A stretch of 64,000 nucleotides of DNA from positions 1,719 to 65,718 of the forward strand of contig WRLR01000006.1 in NCBI GenBank assembly GCA_009777515.1, in the 5' to 3' direction. Position 1 is the stretch's first letter. Each line of letters opens with the position of its first letter. Position numbers and translations under genes: made by a program. Of the stretch, positions 53,421 through 63,794 are shown one piece after another. Under the pieces are notes generated by a model that did not search any database, had not been told where the DNA came from, and was given only the letters and a program-made list of their open reading frames with translations. The stretch is from Oscillospiraceae bacterium. Lineage in GTDB: Bacteria > Bacillota > Clostridia > WRLR01.

Positions 53421-55208
53421 ATGTTTCGTTCTCATGTTTTAGTATGCGGGGGCACCGGATGTATTTCGTCCGGCAGCGCCGCCCTCATTGACGCTCTCAA
53501 CAAAGAGATAGAGGCCAACGGCCTGGCCGAAGAAATAAAGGTCGTCACGACTGGCTGCTTTGGGCTTTGCGCCCTTGGGCCCATCATGATTGTATACCCG
53601 GAAGGCAGCTTCTATTCGATGGTAAAGGTTTCGGACATACCCGAAATAGTCAGCGAGCATTTATTGAAAGGCCGCATTGTGACGCGGCTGCTGTACCAGG
53701 AAACGGTGCGGGCGGACGGGGTCGAGTCGCTCAGCCAGACGTCGTTCTATAAAAAACAGCTCCGCGTCGCGCTGCGCAACTGCGGCGTCATCGACCCGGA
53801 AAATATTGACGAGTACATCGCCGAGGACGGCTACCAGGCGCTCGGCGTCTGCCTGACGGAGCGCACCCCGCAGGAGGTTATAGACATCGTCAGCGCGTCC
53901 GGGCTGCGCGGGCGCGGCGGCGCGGGCTTTCCGACCGGGACGAAGTGGCGCTTCACTGCGCAGAGCGTGTCGGATCAAAAATATGTATGCTGCAACGCGG
54001 ACGAGGGCGACCCCGGCGCGTTCATGGACCGCTCCATACTGGAGGGCGACCCACATGTCGTACTGGAGGCCATGGCGATCGCGGGCTACGCGGTCGGCGC
54101 GAACCAGGGGTACATTTACGTGCGGGCGGAGTACCCGATAGCCGTCAAGCGCCTTAAAATCGCCATCGATCAGGCGCGCGCGTACGGCCTCATTGGCAAA
54201 AACATTTTTAACACCGGCTTCGATTTCGACATAGAAATCAGGCTGGGCGCCGGCGCGTTCGTGTGCGGCGAGGAGACGGCGCTGCTGACATCAATTGAAG
54301 GCAGACGCGGCGAGCCCAGGCCCCGCCCCCCGTTCCCGGCGAACAAGGGCGTATTCGGAGAGCCGACCATCTTGCAAAATGTCGAGACGTACGCCAACAT
54401 ACCGCGCATCATACTGCTGGGCGCCGATTGGTTCGCATCCATGGGCACGGAAAAGAGCAAGGGCACCAAGGTGTTCGCCCTCGGCGGCAAAATCAACAAT
54501 ACGGGCCTTGTGGAGATTCCCATGGGCACGACGCTGCGCGAGATTGTCGAGGAGATAGGCGGCGGCTGCCCGGGCGGCAAGCAGTTCAAGGCCGCGCAGA
54601 CCGGCGGGCCCTCCGGCGGCTGCATATCGACGGCGAACCTGGACGTCCCGATAGACTACGACAACCTGACGGCCATCGGCTCCATGATGGGCTCCGGCGG
54701 GCTGATCATCATGGACGAGGACAACTGCATGGTCGACATGGCCAAGTTCTTTTTGGATTTCACCGTCGACGAAAGCTGCGGCAAATGCTCGCCATGCCGG
54801 ATCGGAACCAAGCGCATGTACGAGATCCTCGAGCGGATTGCGGAGGGGAACGCGAAACTGGAGGATCTGGACACCCTGGAGGAGCTGTGCAGCCACGTGA
54901 AGATGAACTCGCTGTGCGGCCTCGGCCAGACGGCGCCGAACCCGGTGCTCTCCATGATGAGGAACTTCCGCGAGGAGTACGTCACCCACATAGTCGACAA
55001 AAAGTGCCCCGCGGGCGTTTGCAAGTCGCTGCTTCAATATTATATATTGGACGGCAAATGCAAGGGCTGTACGATGTGCGTTAAGGTCTGCCCGGTCGGC
55101 GCGATAAGCGGCGAGCGCAGGCAGACGCATGTGATTGACCACAACCTGTGCATCAAGTGCGGCGCGTGCGTGGGCGCATGCAAATTTGATGCGATTGTCA
55201 CTAAATGA
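53421..55208 (+). CDS. hydB: NuoF-like NAD(P)H-binding flavoprotein subunit of [FeFe] hydrogenase
   Basis: GLRGRGGAGFPTGTKW, CNADEGDPGAFMDR, ESCGKCSPCR and two C-terminal 4Fe-4S motifs (CKGCTMCVKVCP / CIKCGACVGAC). Confidence 0.9.
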   Translation: MFRSHVLVCGGTGCISSGSAALIDALNKEIEANGLAEEIKVVTTGCFGLCALGPIMIVYPEGSFYSMVKVSDIPEIVSEHLLKGRIVTRLLYQETVRADGVESLSQTSFYKKQLRVALRNCGVIDPENIDEYIAEDGYQALGVCLTERTPQEVIDIVSASGLRGRGGAGFPTGTKWRFTAQSVSDQKYVCCNADEGDPGAFMDRSILEGDPHVVLEAMAIAGYAVGANQGYIYVRAEYPIAVKRLKIAIDQARAYGLIGKNIFNTGFDFDIEIRLGAGAFVCGEETALLTSIEGRRGEPRPRPPFPANKGVFGEPTILQNVETYANIPRIILLGADWFASMGTEKSKGTKVFALGGKINNTGLVEIPMGTTLREIVEEIGGGCPGGKQFKAAQTGGPSGGCISTANLDVPIDYDNLTAIGSMMGSGGLIIMDEDNCMVDMAKFFLDFTVDESCGKCSPCRIGTKRMYEILERIAEGNAKLEDLDTLEELCSHVKMNSLCGLGQTAPNPVLSMMRNFREEYVTHIVDKKCPAGVCKSLLQYYILDGKCKGCTMCVKVCPVGAISGERRQTHVIDHNLCIKCGACVGACKFDAIVTK

Positions 55209-55252
55209 TGAAATGATGATTATTTAAGAGCTGTAGGAGGATATGAACCAAT

Positions 55253-56998
55253 ATGAGCGAGATGGTCAATCTAAAAATAAATGGTAGGGAAGTAGCCGCT
55301 GAAAAAGGTTCGACTATTTTAGAAGCTGCCAGGAACGCCGGTATACAAATTCCGACGCTCTGCTACTTGAAGGAAATTAACGCGATAGGCGCCTGCCGCA
55401 TATGCGTCGTGGAAGTGAAGGGCTCGCGTACGCTGGTTGCCGCCTGCGTGTTCCCGATCAATGAGGGCATGGAAGTGTTCACTTCATCGCCCGCCGTGCT
55501 GTCGGCTCGCAAGCTGACGCTGGAGCTGATCCTGTCGACCCACAAGCGCGAGTGCCTGTCCTGCGTCCGCAGCGGGAACTGCGAGCTGCAGAAACTGTGC
55601 AAGGACTTTAAGGTCGATGACGAGGGCCGCTTCGACGGCAACAACCCGGAGTACCCGGTGGACGACACAGCGGTGCACATGAAGCGCGACGACAACAAGT
55701 GCATACTGTGTCGCCGCTGCGTCGCCGCGTGCTCGCATTGGCAGAAGGTGTCCGTGATAGGCCCGAATGACCGGGGGTTCAACACGCATATAGGCTGCGC
55801 GTTCGACGAGGACCTTGGCAACGTGGCATGCGTGTCGTGCGGCCAGTGCATCGTCGTGTGCCCGACAGGCGCGATATATGAAAAGGACGAAACGGACAAG
55901 GTCTGGGACGCGCTCGCCGACCCGAGCAAGCATGTTATCATACAAACGGCGCCGTCCACGCGCGTGACGCTGGGCGAATGCTTTGACATGCCGGTCGGTA
56001 CGAATGTCGAGGGCAAGATGGTGGCGGCCCTGCGCCGCGTCGGGTTCGCCGGGGTGTACGACACCGATTTCGCTGCGGACCTGACCATAATGGAGGAGGC
56101 GCACGAGTTTGTCGAGCGCGTGAAGCAAAACGGGACGCTACCATTGATAACGTCCTGCTCGCCCGGCTGGGTCAAGTTCTGCGAGCACAAGTATCCGGAG
56201 TTTATCCCGCACCTCTCAACGTGCAAGTCCCCGCAGCAGATGTTCGGCGCCATCGCCAAGAGCTGGTACGCCGAGAAGAAAGGCCTGAAGCCGGAGGATG
56301 TGTTTGTCGTCAGCGCCATGCCCTGCACGGCGAAAAAGTTTGAGGTCGGGCGCGACGCCGAGATGAAGTACGGCGCCTCCGACGTCGACGTCGCCCTCAC
56401 GACGCGCGAGCTGGGTCGCTTGATCAACCGCGCGGGCATCATGTTTACGGAACTGCCGGACGAGGAGTTCGACGCCCCAATCGCCGAGAGCACTGGCGCG
56501 GGCGTTATCTTCGGCACGACGGGCGGAGTTATGGAAGCGGCGCTCAGGACCGCCGTAGAGGAGCTGACGGGCGAGGCGCTCGAGAGCGTCGACTTTACCG
56601 AGGTCAGGGGAACGCTGGGCATAAAAGAGGCGACATACAATGTCGCTGGGATGGACGTGAACGTATGCGTCGCGTCGGGCCTCAGCAACGCGGCCCGCGT
56701 GCTGGAGTCCGTCAAGAGCGGAAAGAAGAAATACCATTTCATTGAGATAATGGGCTGCCCCGGCGGCTGCATCAACGGCGGCGGCCAGCCCGTGCAGCCG
56801 GCGTCCGTGCGCAACTTCGTCGACTTGAAGACGGCGCGCGCCGCGTCCCTGTATGCGGCGGACAAGGACAAACCGCTGCGCAAGTCCCACGAAAGCGGGC
56901 TGATAAAGCAGGTATATAGCGAGTTCCTGGGCAAGCCCGGCTCGCCTAAGGCCCACGAGCTGCTGCACACGCACTACCGCATGCGCGGAAAATTCTAA
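55253..56998 (+). CDS. hydA: [FeFe] hydrogenase catalytic subunit, group A (HydA/HndD-type)
   Basis: N-terminal 2Fe-2S/4Fe-4S ferredoxin modules and the H-cluster motifs TSCSPGW, MPCTAKKFE and EIMGCPGGCINGGG. Confidence 0.95.
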   Translation: MSEMVNLKINGREVAAEKGSTILEAARNAGIQIPTLCYLKEINAIGACRICVVEVKGSRTLVAACVFPINEGMEVFTSSPAVLSARKLTLELILSTHKRECLSCVRSGNCELQKLCKDFKVDDEGRFDGNNPEYPVDDTAVHMKRDDNKCILCRRCVAACSHWQKVSVIGPNDRGFNTHIGCAFDEDLGNVACVSCGQCIVVCPTGAIYEKDETDKVWDALADPSKHVIIQTAPSTRVTLGECFDMPVGTNVEGKMVAALRRVGFAGVYDTDFAADLTIMEEAHEFVERVKQNGTLPLITSCSPGWVKFCEHKYPEFIPHLSTCKSPQQMFGAIAKSWYAEKKGLKPEDVFVVSAMPCTAKKFEVGRDAEMKYGASDVDVALTTRELGRLINRAGIMFTELPDEEFDAPIAESTGAGVIFGTTGGVMEAALRTAVEELTGEALESVDFTEVRGTLGIKEATYNVAGMDVNVCVASGLSNAARVLESVKSGKKKYHFIEIMGCPGGCINGGGQPVQPASVRNFVDLKTARAASLYAADKDKPLRKSHESGLIKQVYSEFLGKPGSPKAHELLHTHYRMRGKF

Positions 56999-57019
56999 AA
57001 TAGATTAAAGCATGCGAGC

Positions 57020-57116
57020 GGGGGGAGTGGGGGGATCCCACCTCCCCTCCGCCGCTGCAGTTGCAATGCGCGGATAGGGGCGTCAATGACGCAGTGGGGG
57101 CAAGCTCCCACCCTAC
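57020..57116. repeat. Cluster of three GC-rich REP-like hairpins downstream of hydA, the last with a CTAC tail
   Basis: GGGGAGTGGGGGGATCCCACCTCCCC (imperfect); ATAGG-GGCGTCA-A-TGACGC (57074-57092); GTGGGGGCAAGCTCCCACC-CTAC (57094-57116). Confidence 0.55.
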
Positions 57117-57281
57117 GCATTTTAAACATTGTACAAACATTCAACCGACCGTTAGTCTGTTTTTATTATCTACATACATTTTCATTTGCATATAATGACT
57201 ATAAGTGGCCTAAGTATTGATGAACTTTGCGGATCATGTTATGATTCACTATAGACATTAATCACTTATACTAATAAATGC

Positions 57282-58382
57282 ATGCAAATGATGAATGATC
57301 CTTACAATACAACAAACAGGTTACGCACAGGGCGGCAGAAAATTGCCGTCAAAAATGGCAGCGCCCAACGAGGCGGCAGCGTTTCACGGGGTGGCAGCGC
57401 TTCTCGGGGTGGCAGCGCCCAACGAGACGGCAGCGCCTCACGGAACGGCAGCGCCCAACGGAACGGCAACGCCTCACGGAACGGCAGCGCCTCACAGAAT
57501 GGCAGCGTTCCATCCCCCGTTGCCGCATCCGCAACCACTATAACAACCCCATCCCCCGCCGTATCCGCTCCCGCATACGAAACCGCACCTTCGCCCACCC
57601 GCTCGCGCCGTTACTTTGTAAAAGCACTCCTCGTCTTTATATTCATCTTGGCCACCGCCTTGTTGATTTGTGCGACGCCTCTATTTTCCATATCCGATAT
57701 TGAAGTTAATGGAAACTTTTTTTATAGTAACAACGATATTGTTTCCAAGAGCGGGCTGCGTATAGGGCAAAATGGTTTTTCCGCGCTCATTGGCAACAAT
57801 ATCTTAAAAATGCTGACGCTCCGGTGCGCGCCGGCGGAACAAGCCGTCACCTCCGCCTGCCCCTATGTAAAGTCCGTTCAAGTGCGTTATATAATGCCGC
57901 GCACGATTCGAATTGAAATCGAAGAACGCAGCAAATCCGTCGTCGTCCCGTTTTTTGGCTCGGGTTTGTTGATAGACGGCGAAGGCGTTGTTGTAGATAT
58001 AGTACGGGACTACAACCAGGCAGGGCTGCCGGTGGCGCTGGGCTTGCCCATAACTGGATATGAAATAGGCAGACCATTGGCGCCGCAGGATGGCAACGTA
58101 GCAAAAGTAGAGACGGTTCTTTCGGTTATCAACGCCATCAAGCAGGTTGAGCGGGACAGCGAAGAAGCGCTGGCATGGGATGTAGGTACGATAGATGTAA
58201 GCGACGGGCGCAATATCACAATTAGCGTTGGTAATGGCATCGAGATCAATATCGGCGACGGTACGGAAATGTATTACCGCTTTATGGCAGCGAAAGAGAT
58301 CATCGCCTATGGTATAGACGAAGGAGAAGAGGGCGCGATTATTTTTTCAAATGGCGCGAGGCCGGTGTTTATGCCGAAATAA
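57282..58382 (+). CDS. ftsQ: Cell division protein FtsQ/DivIB with repeat-rich cytoplasmic N-terminus
   Basis: A TM helix (ALLVFIFILATALLICATPLF) followed by a POTRA-like segment (ISDIEVNGNFFYSNNDIV), positioned before ftsA-ftsZ. The N-terminus has 18-bp tandem repeats. Confidence 0.8.
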   Translation: MQMMNDPYNTTNRLRTGRQKIAVKNGSAQRGGSVSRGGSASRGGSAQRDGSASRNGSAQRNGNASRNGSASQNGSVPSPVAASATTITTPSPAVSAPAYETAPSPTRSRRYFVKALLVFIFILATALLICATPLFSISDIEVNGNFFYSNNDIVSKSGLRIGQNGFSALIGNNILKMLTLRCAPAEQAVTSACPYVKSVQVRYIMPRTIRIEIEERSKSVVVPFFGSGLLIDGEGVVVDIVRDYNQAGLPVALGLPITGYEIGRPLAPQDGNVAKVETVLSVINAIKQVERDSEEALAWDVGTIDVSDGRNITISVGNGIEINIGDGTEMYYRFMAAKEIIAYGIDEGEEGAIIFSNGARPVFMPK

Positions 58383-58480
58383 AGGCACAACCGCAACCGC
58401 AGTTGTGTCCGCAGTTGTGTCCGCAACCGCAACCGCAACCTCAGTAGTGTCCGCAGTTGTATCAGCATGCATTTGTGTCA
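58383..58480. repeat. Intergenic direct/inverted repeats (CCGCAGTTGTGT x2, CCGCAACCGCAA x2)
   Basis: Read directly from the sequence. CACAAC...GTTGTG pairings can form hairpins between ftsQ and ftsA. Confidence 0.45.
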
Positions 58481-58535
58481 GTAGTTGTGTACATCGCCAT
58501 TATTGGCGCCCAGACAACAGACGGGGGTGTTTAGC

Positions 58536-59771
58536 TTGGGAGAATTGGTAGTTGCCGTGGACATCGGCACATCTAAAATATGCGCGCTGTGCGGGCAAAT
58601 AAATAAAGCCGGCCTTGTTGAGACTCTGGCCAAAGCGACCGTGCCTTGTACCGGTATGAAAAAAGGCATGATAGTCGATATTGACAATGTCGCACGCGCC
58701 ATAATGAACGCCCTGCGCCAGGTGGAGGCCGCGGGCGGCGCCCGGATAGGGTCCGCCTATATCAATGTGATGGGGCTCCATGTCGATGTGTTTACGAACC
58801 GCGCGTCGACTGCTGTGACAGGGGAAAACAGGGAAATATCCAAAAACGACGTGGATAGGCTATTATATTCCGTACGCAATGTCGAAATCCCCGGCGACGC
58901 CCAAATAATCGACGTAATACCCAGGCAGTTCAATATAGATGGCTACAACGGCATAACCGAGCCCATCGGCATGATTGGGACGAACGTCGAGTTGGAGGCG
59001 GACATTGTTACGGGCAAAATTACATCCATCACCAACATCATTAAGTGCATTGAGAGCGCAGGCATCAAGATCGACGGGCTCGTCATATCGGGGCAGGCGC
59101 TGAGCGAGGTCATACTGTCCCCCGAAGAAATGGACATGGGCGTAATTATGCTGGACATAGGCGGCAGCGTCACCGACGTTTCCGTGTTCAAGGGCGGCCG
59201 CCTGTGCTTTTACGAGTCGCTGACGGTCGGGGGGGATCACATAACAAACGATATTTCCATCGGGATGAAAATCCCATATGCGGACGCCGAAAGGACAAAA
59301 AAGGAATACGATCTCGCCTTGACTACGCTGATTCGAAAGGATCAGGAACTGTATCTCAACGATATAAACAACAACACGCGAAAGCTCGTCTATATATCGG
59401 AAGTCGTCGAAATTATCGAGGCCAGGGTCTACGAAATAATGTCCATGTGCCGCGACCTGCTCAATGAAAACCGTATCGAGTTCGACTTCGGCGCCGGGGT
59501 CGTGCTGACGGGCGGGGGTATATCGTATTTCGACGGCAACAGGCAGATTGCAAACGCGGTTTTCGGGCTGCCCGTCAGGGTTTTTCCGGAAAGGAACTAT
59601 AAAAGCCAAAGGATCGAATCCACGCTGGCGGAAGGGGTCGTGAAGCATGTCGCGAGGATGGGAAAGGGCACGCGTTACGGCAGCGACGTCCAATTGGCCA
59701 AGAGCCGCGAGCCTGGCACGGGGACAAATGTGTTCGTTAAAATAATTGAGATGATAAAAAAGCTTTTTTAG
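58536..59771 (+). CDS. ftsA: Cell division protein FtsA
   Basis: LGELVVAVDIGTSKICAL actin-like phosphate-1 motif and the DIGGSVTD motif. TTG 58536 lies about 9 nt after GGGGG. The listed start at 58485 has no SD. Confidence 0.9.
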   Translation: MGELVVAVDIGTSKICALCGQINKAGLVETLAKATVPCTGMKKGMIVDIDNVARAIMNALRQVEAAGGARIGSAYINVMGLHVDVFTNRASTAVTGENREISKNDVDRLLYSVRNVEIPGDAQIIDVIPRQFNIDGYNGITEPIGMIGTNVELEADIVTGKITSITNIIKCIESAGIKIDGLVISGQALSEVILSPEEMDMGVIMLDIGGSVTDVSVFKGGRLCFYESLTVGGDHITNDISIGMKIPYADAERTKKEYDLALTTLIRKDQELYLNDINNNTRKLVYISEVVEIIEARVYEIMSMCRDLLNENRIEFDFGAGVVLTGGGISYFDGNRQIANAVFGLPVRVFPERNYKSQRIESTLAEGVVKHVARMGKGTRYGSDVQLAKSREPGTGTNVFVKIIEMIKKLF

Positions 59772-60024
59772 CGCGAGCTGCGCCATTAAAAGCCGCTCAT
59801 AACCGCCCAGGCTCGCGAAAAATAGCATTATGGCTATAAAAAGCCATAAAAATAGCGCGAAACGCTATAATTTATCAGTTAAATAATCAATCGCTATCGT
59901 CAATAACAGAAAAGTCTTGCTAAAATGGGAATTGTAATATATATTATACTGAATATTACACAAATGCAAAAAATAATATTATCAAAAGATAAACCGAAGC
60001 AATTCTTAATAAGGGGGCATTCCA

Positions 60025-61302
60025 TTGCTTGAGCTAGATTTAGAAAAGAACGATTTTGCCCAGATCAAGGTTGTCGGCGTAGGTGGCGGCGGGAACAACG
60101 CCGTTAACAGGATGGTCGATTCCGGTCTTCGCGGCGTCGAATTCATTTCGCTGAACACCGACAAACAGGCTCTCCTTGCTTCGAAAGCGACGACGAAAAT
60201 ACAGCTTGGCGACAAATTAACCAAGGGCCTTGGCGCCGGGGGGAACCCGGAAATCGGCGAAAAGGCGGCGAACGAGAGCATCGACGACGTCGCGCAGTCC
60301 ATAAAAGGCGCCGATATGGTTTTTATTACGGCTGGTATGGGCGGCGGTACGGGTACCGGCGCGGCCCCGATAGTGGCGACGGTAGCGAAGGAAATGGGCG
60401 TCCTCACTGTTGCTGTCATCACAAAGCCTTTTACATTCGAAGGCGTCAAGCGCATGAAAAACGCGGAAAAAGGGATATTGAACCTCAGGGAGTCCGTCGA
60501 TACGTTGCTTGTCATACCAAATGACAAGCTTATTATGCTCGACGACAAAAAAATATCCTTGATCGAAGCGTTCAATAAGGCCGACGACGTGTTGCGCCAG
60601 GGCATCCAGGGCATATCGGACTTGATTGCGGTGCCGGGGCTCATCAACCTGGACTTCGCCGATGTCAAAACGATCATGGCCAACACCGGGGTGGCCCACA
60701 TGGGCGTAGGCAGGGCCTCCGGCGACAACAAAGCTGAAATGGCCGCCAAGCAGGCCATCAACAGCCCGTTACTGGAGACGTCCATCGAAGGCGCCATGGG
60801 CGTACTGTTCAACATCACAGGTGGCATGGATCTCGGCTTGTTTGACATCTATAAGGCTTCGGAATTCATCCAAAAAGCCGCCGATTCAAACGCCAACATC
60901 ATTTTTGGCGCGTCCATCGACGCATCGCTGCAGGACGACATGGTCATAACGGTCATCGCGACCGGGTTCGACAGGCCGGCCGTGCGCAGGGCGGAGCGGA
61001 TAGAGCGGATGCCGATGCGGGCGTTCACCGACGACGATCCCCCGCAGCAGCAGATGGTGGAGGCCGCAGGCGGTAGGCAGGCGGCGCAGGCCCAGCAGTC
61101 GGCGCGCGCGGGCGATGGCCAGCAGCGGGGCGGGCGCGGGTTTGCGGAGCGGCAGGCCGCCAGCGGGCAGTCCCAGCAGCAGCAGACCGTTCAAATGCCA
61201 CAGCAGCAAAATGTACAGCAAAATGCGCCGATACAGCAGCCACAGGCGGAAATGGACGATATCGACATCCCCACATTTTTGCGGAACAAGTTCCGGCGGT
61301 AG
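60025..61302 (+). CDS. ftsZ: Cell division GTPase FtsZ
   Basis: [16 protein letters not shown] and the [10 protein letters not shown] tubulin signature, a Q/A/G-rich linker, and the C-terminal peptide [13 protein letters not shown] start 7 nt after AAGGGGG. Confidence 0.95.
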   Translation: MLELDLEKNDFAQIKVVGVGGGGNNAVNRMVDSGLRGVEFISLNTDKQALLASKATTKIQLGDKLTKGLGAGGNPEIGEKAANESIDDVAQSIKGADMVFITAGMGGGTGTGAAPIVATVAKEMGVLTVAVITKPFTFEGVKRMKNAEKGILNLRESVDTLLVIPNDKLIMLDDKKISLIEAFNKADDVLRQGIQGISDLIAVPGLINLDFADVKTIMANTGVAHMGVGRASGDNKAEMAAKQAINSPLLETSIEGAMGVLFNITGGMDLGLFDIYKASEFIQKAADSNANIIFGASIDASLQDDMVITVIATGFDRPAVRRAERIERMPMRAFTDDDPPQQQMVEAAGGRQAAQAQQSARAGDGQQRGGRGFAERQAASGQSQQQQTVQMPQQQNVQQNAPIQQPQAEMDDIDIPTFLRNKFRR

Positions 61303-61376
61303 CGCGGCGGCGCAGTTAATTTATACATAAAAAAATACTGTCAAAAGATAAATAGTCATAGAGAGGCCCCGAGTAG

Positions 61377-62003
61377 ATGAAATGTCCTTATTGTGGCACG
61401 CTTGAGGATAAGGTCGTGGATTCGCGCCCGACTGACGAGGGCGAGACGATTCGCCGTCGGCGTGAGTGCGCCCTGTGCTTGAAGCGTTTTACCACATATG
61501 AAAAAGTCGAAATTCAGCCCCTTGTCGTCATAAAAAAAGACAATTCCCGCGAAAACTTCAGCCGCGACAAATTGATGCGCGGCATTTCGCGCGCCTGCGA
61601 AAAGCGCCCGGTTTCGGCCGACGATATGTATAAAATCGTAGATCAAATTGAAACGCATCTCTCCAACGCGCTCGAACGCGAGGTTTCGTCGCAGAGCATC
61701 GGCGAGCTATTGATGGACAAATTAAAAAAGTTGGATCAGGTCGCGTATGTGCGCTTCGCGTCCGTGTACAGGGATTTCGGCGATATCGACACGTTTATCA
61801 GCGAGATCCATAAAATCAGGACGGAAGACAATAGGGAGGCCGGGCGGGACGAGCGCGAAAGCCATGAAGAGCCGGTCGTACGCGGCCCAGCCTCTCCCGG
61901 CGCCGATATGCAGCAGAACGTCGGCGCGCAGGCGCCCGCGCGTACTATTGCGACTCCCCCTCGTAGAAAGAGGCCGCCCAAAAGGCACAGCTCCCGCCCA
62001 TAA
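61377..62003 (+). CDS. nrdR: Transcriptional repressor NrdR with extended basic/low-complexity C-terminus
   Basis: [42 protein letters not shown] zinc ribbon plus an ATP-cone. About 50 extra C-terminal residues. Confidence 0.9.
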   Translation: MKCPYCGTLEDKVVDSRPTDEGETIRRRRECALCLKRFTTYEKVEIQPLVVIKKDNSRENFSRDKLMRGISRACEKRPVSADDMYKIVDQIETHLSNALEREVSSQSIGELLMDKLKKLDQVAYVRFASVYRDFGDIDTFISEIHKIRTEDNREAGRDERESHEEPVVRGPASPGADMQQNVGAQAPARTIATPPRRKRPPKRHSSRP

Positions 62004-62122
62004 TTCGCATCGCCCGTCCATTTACCAATATGCATACACCGGCGCGTCAGCGTCAGCGTCGGCGGTAGTGTAAGCGTCCATTTCTGACCGCTTAATGAAA
62101 ATAAATATATTTTATTTTTTTG

Positions 62123-62151
62123 TTTACAAATGGAAAATAATAGCATATAAT
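62123..62151 (+). promoter_or_regulatory. Near-consensus sigma-70 promoter TTTACA-17 nt-TATAAT upstream of comM
   Basis: TTTACAAATGGAAAATAATAGCATATAAT, about 85 nt upstream of ATG 62234. Confidence 0.45.
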
Positions 62152-62233
62152 ATAAAAAATAGGCTATGTGCCGATATATGTTAAATGAAATTTTAGCTGT
62201 GCGCCTATCACTGTTATTATTTAGAGGTTTATA

Positions 62234-63787
62234 ATGCTGGCAAAAGTCCGCAGTTTGTCCCTGTTTGGAATCACAGGGCACGATATACTAATAGAGGTAG
62301 ACGTCAGCAATGGCTTTCCGGCATTTGATATCGTTGGCCTTGCGGATACGGCGGTCAAGGAGTCAAAAGAGCGTGTCCGGTCGGCCATACGCAACAACGG
62401 CTACCATTTTCCCATCATGCGCGTCACCGTCAACCTGGCGCCCGCGTTTGTGAAAAAAGAAGGCTCTTCTTTCGACCTGCCCATCGCGATAGGCGTGTTG
62501 CTAGCCACGGGGCAGATAAGCATCGGCTGCGCCGGGTATATCGGTTTTATCGGCGAGCTGGCGCTGGACGGTGCGGTGCGCCGTGTCAACGGTGTGCTCC
62601 CCATGTCCATCCGGGCGCGCGATTCGGGCCTGCATGCCCTGTTCGTACCGGCGGACAACGCCTTAGAGGCGGCTGTCGTAGAGGGGATCGATGTTCACCC
62701 GGTGCGCATGCTGACGGATATCGAAAGGCATTTTAACGGCAAGGAAGTCATCGCGCGCATGCAAGTCGACGCAAAGGGGGTCCTCAGCGACGGCGGCGCG
62801 GGCGCAAATGCGGCGGACGCTGCCCCGGCCTACGACTTTTGCGACGTCAAGGGCCAGGAGCAGGCGAAGAGGGCGCTGGAAATTACGGCTTCAGGGGGGC
62901 ATCACTGCATAATGATCGGCCCCCCCGGATCGGGGAAGACGATGCTGGCAAAAAGGCTCCCGTCCATCCTCCCCCTGCTGACATATGACGAATCCGTCGA
63001 AATCACCATGCTGCACAGCGTGGCGGGCATGCTGCCGTCAGGCGTTTCCCTTATATCCACGAGGCCTTTCCGCAACCCGCTGACAAGCGCGTCTGCTGCG
63101 AGCTTGACGGGCGGCGGTAAAATTCCGAAGCCTGGGGAGATCAGCCTTGCCCATAACGGGGTGCTCTTTTTGGACGAACTGCCCGAATTCGGGGCACAGG
63201 TTTTGGACGCGCTGCGGCAGCCGCTGGAAGACGGCACTGTGACCGTTTCGCGCGTAGCGTCAAAAATCACATATCCGGCGCGCACCACTTTTGTCTGTGC
63301 GACCAACCCATGTAAATGCGGCTACCACAACGACAGCCGCAAGGCGTGTACCTGCACGGCGTCCGAAATAAGAAAATACTTCGGGAGGATCAGCGGGCCG
63401 CTGCTGGACAGGATAGACATCCAAATAGAAGTAAGGTTGCAAAATTATGACGAGTTGTATAAAGATAAGCCCCCGGGCGAGCCGTCGGCTGCCATCAGGA
63501 AGCGCGTCGAGGGCGCCCGCGACATCCAAAAAGAGCGCTACAGGGGGCTGAACATATTTACCAACGCCCACTTGGAAGGCGGAATGGTCGACAGGTTCTG
63601 TGCGCTCGATCGCGGGGCGCGTTCGCTGATGCGCGCCGCTTTTGAGCGGATGGCGCTCTCCGCTCGCGCCCATGACAAAATATTGAAAGTGGCGCGCACC
63701 ATTGCCGATTTAGACGGTTCAGAAAATATCATTGAGCAGCACCTGGCGGAAGCTATAAACTACCGCCGCCTGGATAGAGAGGTGTGA
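62234..63787 (+). CDS. comM: YifB/ComM family Mg-chelatase-like AAA+ ATPase
   Basis: N-terminal Lon-protease-like domain (FDIVGLADTAVKESKERVRSAI), Walker A (GPPGSGKT), Walker B (VLFLDELPEF) and the C-terminal ChlI-like region. Confidence 0.9.
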   Translation: MLAKVRSLSLFGITGHDILIEVDVSNGFPAFDIVGLADTAVKESKERVRSAIRNNGYHFPIMRVTVNLAPAFVKKEGSSFDLPIAIGVLLATGQISIGCAGYIGFIGELALDGAVRRVNGVLPMSIRARDSGLHALFVPADNALEAAVVEGIDVHPVRMLTDIERHFNGKEVIARMQVDAKGVLSDGGAGANAADAAPAYDFCDVKGQEQAKRALEITASGGHHCIMIGPPGSGKTMLAKRLPSILPLLTYDESVEITMLHSVAGMLPSGVSLISTRPFRNPLTSASAASLTGGGKIPKPGEISLAHNGVLFLDELPEFGAQVLDALRQPLEDGTVTVSRVASKITYPARTTFVCATNPCKCGYHNDSRKACTCTASEIRKYFGRISGPLLDRIDIQIEVRLQNYDELYKDKPPGEPSAAIRKRVEGARDIQKERYRGLNIFTNAHLEGGMVDRFCALDRGARSLMRAAFERMALSARAHDKILKVARTIADLDGSENIIEQHLAEAINYRRLDREV

Positions 63788-63794
63788 GTCCGAA

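Noticed and set aside
51765-56998. The five-gene hydrogenase cluster as a novel system.
   Set aside because: The subunit set (NuoE-like, NuoF-like, HydA, extra 2Fe-2S protein, kinase-like ATPase) matches the known HydABC/Hnd-type architecture. Only the ATPase is flagged separately.
57357-57512. Tandem repeat arrays (57357-57512, 44998-45096, 18901-18990, 6133-6215, 12027-12098) as possible CRISPR arrays.
   Set aside because: The units are directly adjacent with no unique spacers. Most are in frame inside coding sequences, and no cas genes are present.
59828-59849. The hairpin TTATGGCT-ATAAAA-AGCCATAA after ftsA as an intrinsic terminator.
   Set aside because: The stem is AU-rich and weak, and no T-run follows. 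ftsA and ftsZ are commonly co-transcribed, so it is not reported as a feature.
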